From contig NC_043000.1 in NCBI RefSeq assembly GCF_006345805.1, positions 125,550,001 to 125,614,000 on the forward strand: a stretch of DNA of 64,000 nt, in the 5' to 3' direction. The stretch is from Octopus sinensis (lineage: Eukaryota). The notes below the pieces were generated by a model. The model saw nothing but the letters and a program-made list of their open reading frames with translations, made no database searches and was not told the DNA's origin. Within the stretch, counting starts at the first letter, position 1. Every line of letters starts with the position of its first letter. Of the stretch, positions 40,117 through 52,771 are shown one piece after another. The translations under genes and the position numbers were made by a program.

Positions 40117-40309
40117 GTATGTGTGTGTATGTGTGTACATATATATGTATATATAACGTGTGTATATGTATAAAAAATTTTTTAATGAATATATTTGTGA
40201 ATTTTTCTCATACAAATATTCCCCACTGAGTTAGAAATTAATGGAAGGAATTTTTAATTAATTAATATTGTAGAAGCGTCACCTTTGCACACATCCAAAT
40301 AGGTGCTTG

Positions 40310-40353
<44 letters not shown>

Positions 40354-40819
40354 GCAAAATTTTTTAAAATATTGTAAACATGCTTTTCTGTTTTCTCCAT
40401 TCTGTCCAAATGAAATGCATTTGTAGAAACCCCTGGAACAAATGATGAAGCCTTATAAATGCTTAATTCATTATCTTTAAGAACAAATTCATCTTCAAAG
40501 ATATTGGGGATTACTTTTTAATTGCAAGATTTCAATGCTCTTTTAGATAACAGTTTTAAAACAGGTACTTTTTACCATGAAGTCCTTGCCAGTGTGAATG
40601 ATATCATTATGAATGAATTAACAACTAAAATTTTCAATATAAAGTAACATTTGTAAAAGCTAATTTGAGTAATTTGAGGCTAATCTGGGCAAGGATTGAT
40701 GTGTTTTTCAATTTAAAGGAAGCACATAATTAGATGATAAATATTTTATGCACAACATGGTGTGAATCAGGATTGAAATAAATTTAAATATCAGAATGCT
40801 GTGTGAAAGAAATGCTTTT

Positions 40820-41030
40820 CATCATCATCAAGATCATATTGGCTTCGGATGGACAGTTTGACAACATCTTGGGGTCTGTGTTGGAGAGATCTGCCATGCA
40901 CTAACTTCCACTTCAGCCTGTTTTCTCAGGTTGGATGCCCTTTTTACTGTCAGCCATTTTATAGGGTGTACTGGGTAGTTTTTAAAAAAATTTTATATGG
41001 CACCAGCAATAGCGAGGATCATTTTGTAAC
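40820..41030 (-). mobile_element. Retroposon family C-like, degenerate
   Basis: (CAT)n, GGATGGACAGTTTGAC, GGTTGGATGCCCTTTTTACTGTCAGCC. Confidence 0.5.
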
Positions 41031-41049
41031 TAAGGGTCTAAAGTGACCC

Positions 41050-41560
41050 CCTATAAGTAAGAAAGAATAGAATAGAAAGTGGGCGATGATTCTGGGTGGA
41101 GAGATTAGGGAGTTTAAGTAAAAGGAAAGAATAGGGGAGTATGGCAGGGAACAGAGGAGAGAAAAGGGATTAGTGACAGGAGTTATTGAGAAAAAAAGGA
41201 GGGATAGATTTGAAAGGTGATTGGGTAGGAGGTGTAAGGGTTATTCAACATTGTGATGAGTAAGGAAATTCTGGGATTATCCAATATAATAAGTTGTATG
41301 AGGAAAAGGGAAAAGGAAAGAAAGAATAGACCAGAGTAGAGAGGAATCTGAAGAGAGGGCCATTGAAAAAAAGAAAGGTGTGCAGAATTGTGTGGTTAAG
41401 TCAGCAAAGGAAACACAAGAAGGGCTGTTGAAGAAGCAGAGAAGGTGTGTGGAGGAAAGGGCAGTGAGAGAAAAGGAAGTAGAGGTGAAGGGCAAGGAGA
41501 TGCTGCAGGATACCACATAAGGAGGAGGAAAATGAAGAGCAGAGAATGAATACTGTGAAA
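41050..41560. repeat. Purine-rich low-complexity tract
   Basis: Strong G/A bias. Its complement is compositionally similar to the PLE 3' region at 62900-63190. Confidence 0.7.
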
Positions 41561-42266
41561 GTACAACAAAAACATTCAAAGAATGTGTTTACATTCTTAT
41601 ATTTCTCTTGCAATTAGGCTTTCTAATGTTTAAATTTCTTTCAGTCGTAAAATGTTACATGTTACCTAGGAATGTATTGCTACGTTCATTAATGATAGCC
41701 ATTTTGTCCTGGTAGATTGAAGAGATCAGTGACCATAAAAGCCAGTAAGCATTCAATATTATATTTACTGAGAGAGAGTGAGGGGGTTAAGTGTTTAGAA
41801 AAAACAAGGTATATGAAGGCTGTTTGGAAATTATTTTTATCTGTACCAGTACAGCTATACTTTGTTCATTTTGATCTCTGATATGTCCATACACATTCGA
41901 GAACTTATTTGATACATAGTAGCTTCACTTCTTTAGGCTTTACTAGATTGAACCACTGCAACTTAGAACAGAAACTGAGATTCAGAACAGTTGATTTATT
42001 GTAAATATAAACGAAAATCCCCCACCCAGCCTAATCCGCTTTTGTAATCTTACCTTGCTTGACTTTTACAAAATTATCTTTAAATAAATGTTTTTACTGT
42101 TCCAAAAATATAATTAATAAAATTTTTGTTTAATATTAAATGTAATTGTCAAGAATAATTAGTTTAGTTTTCTTTTCCATGCAGTATCTAGTTTTTCAGT
42201 TTTAATACTTGTATTTTCTTTGCAAAACAAATTACTTATCACTTTTTTCTTTCTTTTTAATTGCAG

Positions 42267-42297
42267 CGGTGAATCAGGTGGGCGCAAAGCTCCAAAG
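42267..42297 (+). CDS. 31-nt internal exon (microexon-sized) of an unidentified gene
   Basis: Strong acceptor CTTTTTTCTTTCTTTTTAATTGCAG and consensus donor AAG|GTAAGA. GC-rich island in very AT-rich flanks. Two open frames: GESGGRKAPK or VNQVGAKLQ. Confidence 0.75.
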
Positions 42298-44157
42298 GTA
42301 AGATACTACAATTTTTAACTATTTCAGAGTAATATTTCAAGAAAATAATTATTCTGAAGTTTAATTAACACTTACTTAGTGATAATTAATACTTACTACA
42401 TAGTTGTCTCAATTTGTATATATTTCATATATCTACAAACAACTATTAAAATATGAATTCAAATTTTCTGAATTCACTGGAAAATCAGGTTATTTTTAGT
42501 TTCACTGAAATAAAAGTTTCTCATAGCCTGTCTACAATAATATCATGAAATAATTCTTTAAAAAAAACATTGTTTGGCTGTTTTCTATGTTATCTAATAA
42601 ATCTGATGCTAAATCAACTTGTGACATGTATTTGTAAGAATAAAGAATTTGTTTATATTCTTATCTTTACTTGCAAGAATAACCTCCAAGTCATGCACAA
42701 CATATTCCAATGTTATTAAAAACATTGAACTTTATGTAGGGATTGTTTGTTGAACTTGGGGTGTTAGATAAGAGGCTATTCTATTTCTAATTAACAAAGC
42801 CACAGAAATGACCTAGAAAAAGGAACAGTCCATGTTGAAGTGAAGCAATCACTCTTACTTGCAATCTTGACTCAGATTAAATATATTTTGCTATGCTGTA
42901 AAAAGGAGGAAAATCCTTTTGCTCCAGTATTAAATATATTTTAGTTGGAAAATGATCAATTTTGTGCTGGCCAAACTTGTAAAAGCTACTGCTTGTTACT
43001 TGAGACTATAATTTAGATAATCAGACTCTGACATATATTGCCCCCTTCTATTAAGCTATTAAAGCTTGTTAGTGTTTTCTCTCGAATCGGTAGAAGTCTT
43101 TTTTTAAAAATTCACAATAGGCTTTGTATTGTTTTATTTATATGTAATAATAGACTCAAGGATGTGTTTCCTGAGTCTATCATTATCTGTAATCAGATCG
43201 TGTTGGTCATTATGTTTATCTTGACTTTCAAAGCAAAATTCTAAATTAGTTGCTTCTATACTTTCTTTGAGAGGAATTGAAACGCATCTTGAACTATACC
43301 CGTGTTCTGATAGTATGTGTATTAACACAATTTGAACATTTGATTAACATAACTAGACCAAACAATATCTTGTGAAGGAGAAGTACTCGGATCTATTTGC
43401 CCATAGAGTATTCTTATCATTTATGAGAAGCTCTTTAACATTTCCTGGTTGTATTATAAAGTAGTAGTTTGCCTGATTCCTAAATGTAGAGAAAATTATA
43501 GCGCTTCATCCACCTTTTTATAAAGACAGCTTCATAACAACAGTGTAGTTAAATGATATTCACAATTCGTATTGTAATTATATGAATATGTAGGTAGATA
43601 TTTTCAAGTTGGATGCAAATAGATGGTATTTGAATGCAAGGAAATTGATTTGTCTTTCATATTTTCTTTTATTCAGCCTTATTAAATTCCTTCTTTTCTG
43701 TAGTGCCCTCACCTAAAAAAATTATTATTTTTTAATTATTGTATACTAAGTTAAGCAAATTCTTGGTGATTTAGACACTTGTTACTGGAATAGCAAAAAA
43801 TGTCTTTTGGCAGCTGAGAGAGGAAACTAAATTGCACAGTTGATTAAAGAGAGAATCAACTGAGATTAGATGAAATTCAGATTTGTCAGAATACCACTGA
43901 TGCTCTCTTCATAGTGAGGTTACAAGAGAAGTTCCTAAAGGCTTCGACAGTAACACTATCTTATAGCCTGGTGGTCACTAAGAAAACAGTTGAAGAATAA
44001 CGGGTGAGAGTGGTGCAAGCCATGTACAGAGATACAGTCAAGAAAGTAAGAAATTTGAAGTGCAAATAGGTGTTCACCAGGGCTCAGTTCTCAGTCACTT
44101 CCTATTTATTATAGGACTAGTTGCTTGTGGGAGCTCTTCTAAACTGATGATCTAGTT

Positions 44158-44968
44158 CAGGGGTGGGGTGGGCAAAAATTTCCAAAGAAAAAGTTCCGAG
44201 GGCAGCGATGGACACTCTTTTACTTGTTTCAGTCATTTGACTGTGGCCATGCTGGAGCACCGGCTTTATTTGAGCAAATCAACCCCAGGACTTATTCTTT
44301 GTAAACCTAGTACTTATTCTATCGGTCTCTTTTGCTGAACCGCTAAGTTACGGGGACGTAAACACACCAGCATCGGTTGTCAAGTGATGTTGGGGGGGAC
44401 AAACATATACACACACATACATATATATGACAGGCTTCTTTCAGTTACCCTCTACCAAATCCTCTCACAAGGCTTTGATTGGCCCGAGGCTATAGTAAAA
44501 GACACTTGCCCAAGGTGCCACGCAGTGGGACTGAACCCGGAACCATGTGGTTTGTAAGCAAGCTACTTACCACACAGCCACTCCTACGCCTATGATATAA
44601 ATAATTTTTACACTGTATCTTCTACAATCCTTCAGCTTTCATTTAATTTTAAAATGATTTCGATACATTCAATATATTTTTAGTTTTCTCGGTTAGAGTG
44701 TAGTTGGGTCTCATGGGGCTGGTACAAACCTAGTAATATATGTTTTATAGTGAAAACAAAATTTCCATTCAAATGACTATTACCGGACAATTCCTGTTCA
44801 AGTCTGACCGCTTTCACTTGTAGTAGAAATGTGAGCTATATCACAAACAGGCATACAGGTATTGTCTAAATTTTTATAATCGAAGAATTTACTATATCAG
44901 CCTGCGGGCACAATAAAATGAGTTCGTGGGCACAATTGCACCTGTGGGTGGGGGTTTCCCCACTCCTG
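44158..44968. mobile_element. hAT (Charlie-like) MITE
   Basis: TIRs CAGGGGTGGGG / CCCCACTCCTG. 8-bp TSD ATCTAGTT (44150-44157) / ATCTAGAT (44969-44976), fitting the NTCTAGAN preference. Confidence 0.85.
44215..44593 (-). mobile_element. SINE family A nested in the hAT MITE
   Basis: Full length, colinear with 24061-24478. Confidence 0.9.
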
Positions 44969-46229
44969 ATCTAGATCTTATAACAGAGTCTGTGGAAGAT
45001 TTAGGGCGGAAAAATTCCAGACATAGAAACAAAACCTAGAATCAAGATTCTTCAGAGTAAACTTGGTGAAAAGTTTTAGCCAACAAGAAAGAAGACTGGA
45101 TTCTGATGTGAATGGGCGTAAGTAGAAATTCCATAGTGTACTGTATATTATGACAAGAGGTGTAATGAATCAAAGCAAGATGATAGTGAATGAAAATGTC
45201 ACTTGAGATAAATACACAGTAGTAGAGAGCACTCAGAGCACTGGTTATGTGAATTCCTTGCAATGCTCCAAAGGTACCATAGGAATAGTTTATAGCTTCT
45301 GTTACTTTGGTGGCCTTGTCAGCATTGGTGGATGTAATGTTACTGAAATCTCAGTGGCTCAGAATGAGTGTAAGGGGGTAAAAAAAAACAAGAAGTTTTT
45401 ACCTCTGCTTACAACAAGGGGATGTGATTTTCTCTCTCTCTCTCTGAGTGATACATTAGTATGAGCTGTGATAGTGAATGTAGATGGGATACAAAGGCTG
45501 GAAGACAGATTATTCATGGGATGTGTAATGTCATGGCACATTTTTAGCATGTGGTCTTCAGTTCTGTCTTGCTACATGACACCTTGGGTAAGTTTTTTCC
45601 ATTGTAGCATCATATCAATTAATGCCTTGTGTGTAAAAATGGTAGATGGAGATTGCACAGAAGCTTGTTATGCGTGTGTTTACATTCCATGTCCTCACTT
45701 AATATGGATGTAGAAACAAACAACTATGAATGTGTGTTATCTCTGCCATTATCACTGAAATGTCTGTTATCAACTCAAATATCTTTCATAATGACATTTA
45801 GAAAGAATTGAAAGAAGATAGAAATTTAATTCTGTAGAGTGAGATAGGTAAAATGTTAGAGATGTACTGAGCTACAGTAATTAGTAACTGATTGTGGGTG
45901 GCTGGCTGCTTATTTCAACTGAAATACGAGATTTCTTGTTTGATACACATTCAAATGTCTGCCTTCTAATTATCAGTGGTTGCTTAGAGAGATGAGGTCA
46001 TTCTTGACAAGTTGAATTTTACTTTGAAGTTTGTTGATTTTAGCTTTTAGGTTTTCTCCTCCATCTTTTTTTTTATTTTTTGTTTAAAAGTTTGATAAAC
46101 AGTAAATTAGTAATCACTATTCAGCAGCAGCAGCATTATTATCATCATAATTTTCATTATTGCCATCATCATCATCATCATCTTTGGTTCCACAGAGTAT
46201 TTTCTTCTCCATGTCATAGGTTGAATGAG

Positions 46230-46830
46230 TCAGCCATACATTGTTATTCCACCCATTTTTTTTTTCTATTCTGAGCTGCCCTTGGTTTTGAACTTTATTC
46301 CAAATGTATCCTCCCATGTCATTTTGCTTTTTATTCGCCACACCCACTGCATTTTCAGCCACTCTTCTAACTTCAAAACAAAAGACACTTTCAATACCTG
46401 CTTTCAGCCAATCAATTCTTTGTTTGGAAATAAAACTGTTCATTTCCAAAAGACACAAAATTTGCAGAAACATCATCTATTCCTCTAATTCTGATCCCAA
46501 ATATCCCAAATTTATAATTTTCTCTCTTCTAGTCCTGATTAATATCAACATGTTTGCACAGCTGGTTGATCACTTCCAATTTGGTAACCTTCATTTCATG
46601 CCTACACATGTTACAATGTATTCCAGTACAGCTGTTAGTCCACAAGAGATCTTACTGTATTTCTGAAGAATATTTGCATCAGCTATGCAGTATTAAGTTC
46701 TAACTTCTTTCCAACATTCATCACATACTGTTATTAGTAAATTTTGGTAGTTCTAGCTACTAATAGATATTTTTCTTCATTAAATTTTCCTGGGTTTTGA
46801 GCATCTACAATTCTTTGACAAATTTGATAA
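46230..46830 (-). pseudogene. Possible very decayed LINE (RTE-like) C-terminal remnant
   Basis: Minus strand has L.W...HV.RHE..RLP-like fragments and a (GAT)n tail near 46180. Confidence 0.3.
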
Positions 46831-47409
46831 CTGATTTTTTATTACATTTTTCAGATAAAAATTAATAGCTGAGGGCTAAGAAACACTCACCAGTAAAATT
46901 CCTCATTGATCCCATTGTGTATATTCTTCTTACATTAGTAACTTATAATGGTTCGCTTGGGGTATTCTTGTTCAAGATACTCACTGTCTCGTGCTGTGTA
47001 CTCTGGAACACAATACTCTGAACCAGAAAGGATCAGAGAGTAGGGCTGCATGGAAAGCAGGAGTCCCAGTGGGTTTTGATTCTGCTCTTAAGTGGTCCTA
47101 CTGCCACTGTGGATTTTAAGTCAATATTGGTAGAGCTCCTAATCTGGTAGTTTTAAGAGTCAAGAAGGACAGACATCATGGTTTAAGGTTCTTACTCTCG
47201 CAAACCATCCCTCCATATATAAACAAGTTTCATTATATTATATATCAGGCTACAGATGTGATTGGCATACAAAAACAACCCCACTGCCTCGTATGTGAAA
47301 TAAACTTCAGTTGGCTGAGATTATTCATGTAAATAGTAGAAAACAAGCAAGGGAAATAACTCCAATGAGATTAGGCAAACAAAATTTTTTTGGAAAATAC
47401 AGATAATAC

Positions 47410-47563
47410 ATAGGTGCAGTGTGGTAAGTAGCTTGCTTACCAACCACATGGTTCTGGGTTCAGTTCCAGTGTGTGGCACCTTGGGCAAGTGTATTCTACT
47501 ATAGTCTGGGGCCAACCAAAGCCTTAAGAGTGGATTTGGTATACAGAAACTGAAAGAAGCCTG

Positions 47564-47610
<47 letters not shown>

Positions 47611-47660
47611 CATATGTTTGTGTGTTTGTGTTTGTCCCCCCCTCTATCGTTTGACAACCT
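47410..47660 (+). mobile_element. SINE family A 5' half
   Basis: GTGTGGTAAGTAGCTTGCTTACCAACCACATGGTTCTGGGTTCAGTTCC...(TA)n. Confidence 0.85.
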
Positions 47661-47884
47661 ATGTTCTTCTTTTTCCTAATCCTCCCCTTCTTCCCTTTCT
47701 TCTTCATCTTCTTATTCTTCTTCTTCTTATTTTTTTTTTACTTAATTTTGTAAATATCCAGTCTGGTCTTTCAGGCATTCTAGTTGAGTCATTGAAGCTC
47801 AACAGGCATCTATTATTCAGAATTGGTCTCATCATTTATAAACACTGTCATTTTTAAAGTATCCTTATATAAAATTTTGTATAT

Positions 47885-48190
47885 CATCATCCTCATCATC
47901 ATTTCCATTGGTTTAATATCACTCTTCCGTGCTTGCATGAGTAGGCAGAATTCATTGACATTAGATTTTCTACAACTGGATGCCCTTCCTGTCACCAACC
48001 CTCACCTGTTTCCAAGCATGACTGGAATGTTTTTACCGAAGACGAGTAACAAGGAACACTGCTTGTGACATTCATTTACAATTATCTCAAGGATGCAATA
48101 CACACACACTTCCTTCCTTCTCTGTCTCTCAAATCCACTCACAATGCTTTGGCCAGCCTGAGGCTATAACAGATGACACATGCCTACGAT
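47885..48190 (-). mobile_element. Family C tail plus family A fragment (composite as at 2234-2645)
   Basis: CTGGATGCCCTTCCTGTCACCAACCCTCACCTGTTTCCAAG, then CAAATCCACTCACAATGCTTTGG. Confidence 0.65.
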
Positions 48191-49789
48191 GGGGGGGGGG
48201 GGGGCTGAGAGATTCTTTATCCAAACAAAGGACTATTTGAATAAAGCATGTTTAGGAATTGTTATATTGAAGTGGTAATGCAGAAGTTCTGTAGTAACGA
48301 AAGAGGATCATGCTGTGCATAATCAGACATTAATGCTACCTTGCATGAATGACTGAGTATTAATAAGCTGAAAAAGCAATATCAGATATTGGCAGATGTG
48401 TGCATGAGAGAAAGAATTGCAAAGGTATGTGCATGTAATTTAAATGGATAATGCATGCTGATTGAAAAGGAGCTCATTGCAGATAGCTTTTTTCCTATAT
48501 TGGATTTTCTTGCATTGCACTTGATAAATTTACCAAAGAAAAGTTCCTCAGAAAAAGTGTAGATGTTATCTAAATTTTCAAAGAGTTTCTTTACTAGTTT
48601 TGCTCTGAAAATTATCGTAATTTTTAACAAAATCACCTGATGATAAAACTGAAAGGATGAACAGGTGTTGTAGCTAGTTAAAGGAATTTTTTGTCTTCGA
48701 GGTAAGGATAAGAGTGATTGAGTCAAGTTCTAAAGTAGTATGAGATAATTTAGTTGATTTCTTTGGAGTTTGATTTCAGGTGTGAACATAAAGTGGAGTT
48801 GAAGAAATATACCTTTGTGATTTATGTAATAGTTAAATGAATATATTTTTGATACGGTTGATAGATACAAAAATAACTCTCCTTAAAAGATGTGTGTGTG
48901 TGTAGCTTTACCAAAAGATTAATGGAATGCAAAATCTGTATTAGCGTGAAAGCAGATCATTTTCAGGTACTTTAAGATTTCATGAGGTGATGCTTTTATC
49001 AAATCTTGTTACTAGGATTGTGGATAAAATAATTAGCTAAAATGTTATAAAAAAATCAACATAAGTAACAATGATGGATTTTTTTTTTTTCCTTTTTACC
49101 TTTTTAGGATCAGATATTGATTTATTACAGCAAAGGCATTTCTTGAAAGCAAATATAATCCTGAATTATTAAAGATAAGAAAGAACAATATCTTGGGAAT
49201 TTTTGCTTACTGCAGCAACGAATACTGCCAATCTGTTTTATACATTATCAAAACTGGAGGATGAAAAATATTTTATAAGATTTCTGTCAATCTACTTTTG
49301 GCAGCCACTTTACAATTAGATTATATTCTCACTTTATACAGTTAAAGTTTCTACTTTTATTATAGTCAGCGTGTGATTATGACTATAAAAAGAAATATTC
49401 TAGTGAAAGAAATATTCAATATCCGCACATATAATTTACACCTATTTTAAACTTGGTTTTCTAATTCATCACATTTACCATTTTTTAAAAGACATTATGA
49501 TCAACTTCTCTTTTCTTCTCCCAATTCTCTTTTTCTTCTTTCTCAGCTTCTCTGATCAATTTTGTTTTTATCTGTTTCCACCATTATTTCTTTTCATTCT
49601 TCATATTTATTTCTCTTTTAGTCTTTTAGTTCTTCTCATTTGCCATTCACCCTTTTAAACAAACCATTCCCTAAAGGTTCTAGTTTGTTAAAATTTTTCT
49701 TCTTTTTTTCACTCATATCTACATATGCAGGTACAGCTTACATGGTCCATAGCTACACTAGTGAAAAAGGCAACCAATTAGTGGAACCA

Positions 49790-49955
49790 TTAGCCTTTTG
49801 GATGAATTGCACAGTTGCATTTCTTCCAGTTTGTTACATTCTGAGTTCATCCTTTTAAAGTACATAAAACAAAGTATCGACCAAGTATTGGGGTCAGTGA
49901 TATCTACTGACCACCTCCCCTCAAAATTGCTAGCCTTGTGCCAAAATTAGAAACC
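49790..49955 (+). mobile_element. SINE family B, degenerate
   Basis: TTCTGAGTTCA...TGGGGTC...CCCCTCAAAATTGCTAGCCTTGTGCCAAAATTAGAAAC. Confidence 0.65.
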
Positions 49956-50078
49956 TTTCTTAATGCAGAGAGCCATAAAAAGCTAATTAGAAAACATTAA
50001 TTATTGGCTAATATTAATTCTAAACCTTTGGACAAGTATGGGAGACAACTCTGAATATGTTCTAGCATTATTGTACCT

Positions 50079-50311
50079 ATTTCTTTATTACCCACAAGGG
50101 GCTAAACATAGAGGGGACAAATAAGGACAGACACACGGCTTAAGTTGATTACAATGACCCCAGTGCGTAACTGGTACTTATTCAATCGACCCCGAAAGGA
50201 GGAAAGGCAAAGTCGTCCTCAGCGGAATTTGAACTCAGAATGTAGCGGCAGGCGAAATACGGCTATGCATTTCACCCAGCATGCTAACGTTTCTACCAGC
50301 TCACCGCCTTT
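50079..50311 (-). mobile_element. SINE family B, full length
   Basis: 12-bp TSD ATTATTGTACCT at 50067-50078 and 50312-50323. Confidence 0.9.
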
Positions 50312-50674
50312 ATTATTGTACCTGTTCAATGAAGTATATATTTCACTGCACTTGTCAAAATAGTGACAAGAGATTCACCAGGTTAATGTACAATAATTTC
50401 TACTTGTAGGTATAGAAAAGTAGAAGTATTCAGAGAATAAATTAGTTTTAGGTGTTATCTGCATGAAAAACTTACACTTGTAGTGTTTGACATTATTAAG
50501 GCAGACAGCTTCGAAAAAGCTAACTATAAGATAATTATATGGGGATGGATAGGTAGTAGCATTATTAGTCATTGGCTAATATGATTCTGAGTCTTTCTGA
50601 ATGTACAAGCAGGAATATTTAGTTTGATTTCAGCTTGATTTTATTGACTGTATTGTCTCTTGGGCATGTATTCT

Positions 50675-50880
50675 TTTTTATTCTTTTACTTGTTTCAGTC
50701 ATTTGACTGCAGCCATGCTGGAGCACTGCCTTTAGTCAAGCAAATCAACCGCAGGATTTATTCTTTGTAAGCTTAGTACTTATTCTATCGGTTGCTTTTG
50801 CCAAACCTCTAAGTTACGGGGTCACCAGCATCAGTTGTCAAGGAATGTTGGGGGGACAAACACACAAACACAAATACATG

Positions 50881-50911
<31 letters not shown>

Positions 50912-51101
50912 ACATATACATACAGACAGACACATATGATGGGTTTCTTTCAGTTTCCATCTACCAAATACCCTCACAAGGCTTTGGTCGGCCTGAGGCT
51001 ATAATAGAAGACACTTGCCTAAGGTGCCACGCAGTGGGACTGAACCCAGAACCATGTGGTTGCTAAGCAAGCTACTTACCGCACAACCACTCCTGCACCT
51101 G
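50675..51101 (-). mobile_element. SINE family A, full length
   Basis: Colinear with 24061-24478. Confidence 0.9.
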
Positions 51102-51469
51102 TGTTTAAAGCCTTTTACTAAAGCGAACATTTTGCACAATATTTAAAACTACTACTACTACTACTACTGTTTGATATTTGAATGCATATGTCCCCCTTCT
51201 GTTTTTTTAAAATCCCTTTCCCTTAGCTTTGGTTGCAGTTTAAACTGTCTAAAGAGAACTATGTAGTGAGTGAGGTATACACTCAGGTATTCATGTCCTT
51301 TATCTGGCTTATCACCTTCAAGTTTGACTGTGCTGGGCACATTTATGCACCCACTGTTGTCATTAAAGGATGGCATCTTTTTGATTCATCCAAGCATTTA
51401 GCTCTAAGAAGTAGAATCGATTTCAATTTATTTCATAGTAGTAGTTGTAATAGTAATAATAATAATAAT

Positions 51470-51705
51470 GATTTTGAATTGAGCACAGAGCCAGCAATTT
51501 TTGAGAGAGAGAGCTCATTAGTCATTAATATTGACTCTAGTGCCTGACTTGGTGTTTTGTTTTTTATCAACCCTCCAAAAGGATGAAAGGCAATGTTGAA
51601 CTTTAGTGAGATTTGAACTCTAAACATAAAATCATGGTGAGATGGGGTGGGTGGGGGCTTTGTAACTTTTCCCCCCCAATGTTCAAGTTTGCCAGCTCAC
51701 CTCCT
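51470..51705 (-). mobile_element. SINE family B, degenerate, in (TAA)n context
   Basis: AAAGGATGAAAGGCAATGTTGAAC...ATTTGAACTC...TGCCAGCTCACC. Confidence 0.65.
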
Positions 51706-51941
51706 ATAATGATAATAATCATAATAGAAGAGGAATAAGAAGAATTGATTTCTTTTATTGGCCACTCAGACCCAGGACATTGAGGACAATATCAATAATA
51801 ATAATGATGATGATGATAATGATCCAATAGCAGAATCATGTTTCATTGGAATTTTGTAATAATTGCTACTGAAAAATAAAATAAGAAATGAAATAGTTCA
51901 AACATAATTCTGCTATTAGAATTAGAATTATTAAAACATTC

Positions 51942-52235
51942 AAGCGAGGTCATTGCCAGTGCTACTGGACTGACTCCTGTGCAGGTGGCATGTAAAAAAC
52001 ACCATTTTCGAGCATGGCCGTTGCCAGTACCACCAGACTGGCCCTCGTGCTGGTGGCTCATTAAAGCACCCACTACACTCTCGAAGTGGTTGATGTTAGG
52101 AAGGGCATTCAGCTGTAGAAACTCTGCCAGATCAGATTGGGGCCTGGCGCAGCCATCTGGTTTGCCAGTCCTCAGTCAAATCGTCCAACCCATGCTAGCA
52201 TGAAAAGTGGATGTTAAATGATAATGATGATGATT
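51942..52235 (+). mobile_element. Retroposon family C
   Basis: Colinear with 25144-25406. (GAT)n tail. Confidence 0.85.
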
Positions 52236-52404
52236 ACTACTGCTATTACTACTACTACTACTACAACAGAAGATTAAATAGATTCTTTCCCTTACAAAAT
52301 TAAAAAATGACTGGACCAATCAAAAAGAAGCTTGTCTTGCTATTTTGTTATAGGGCAATATAAATATACTGGTTGGCCCCCATGCCATCAAAAATGATGG
52401 CTAA

Positions 52405-52771
52405 ATAGGCATAGGAGTGGCTGTGTGGTAAGTAGCTTGCTTACCAACCACATTGTTCCGGGTTCAGTCCTACTGTGTGGCACCTTGGGTAACAGTTTTC
52501 TACTATAGCCTCAGGCTGACTAAAGCCTTATGAGTGGATCTAGTAGATGGAAACTGAAAAAGCCCGTCGTTTATATGTACATGTATATGTGTGTGTTTGT
52601 GTGTCTGTGTTTGTCCCCCCAACATTGCTTGACAACCGATGCTGGTGTGTTTACATCCCTGTAATTTAGCGGTTCAGCAAAAGAGACCAATACAATAAGT
52701 ACTAGGCTTCCAAAGAATAAGTCCTGGAGTCGATTTGCTCGATTATAAAGGCTGAAACAAGTAAAAGAGTA
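52405..52771 (+). mobile_element. SINE family A, near full length
   Basis: ATAGGCATAGGAGTGGCTGTGTGGTAAG...GAAACAAGTAAAAGAGTA. Confidence 0.9.

Larger units (their letters stand above)
43790..45520 (+). pseudogene. Decayed RTE LINE reverse transcriptase, split by a hAT MITE
   Basis: TTDALFIVR, LQEK, KGFD, VRVVQAMYRD, FEVQIGVHQGSVLSHFLFII, WELF*TDDL|DLITES, later IVYSFCYFGGLVSIGGC and FLPLLTTRG. Confidence 0.85.
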
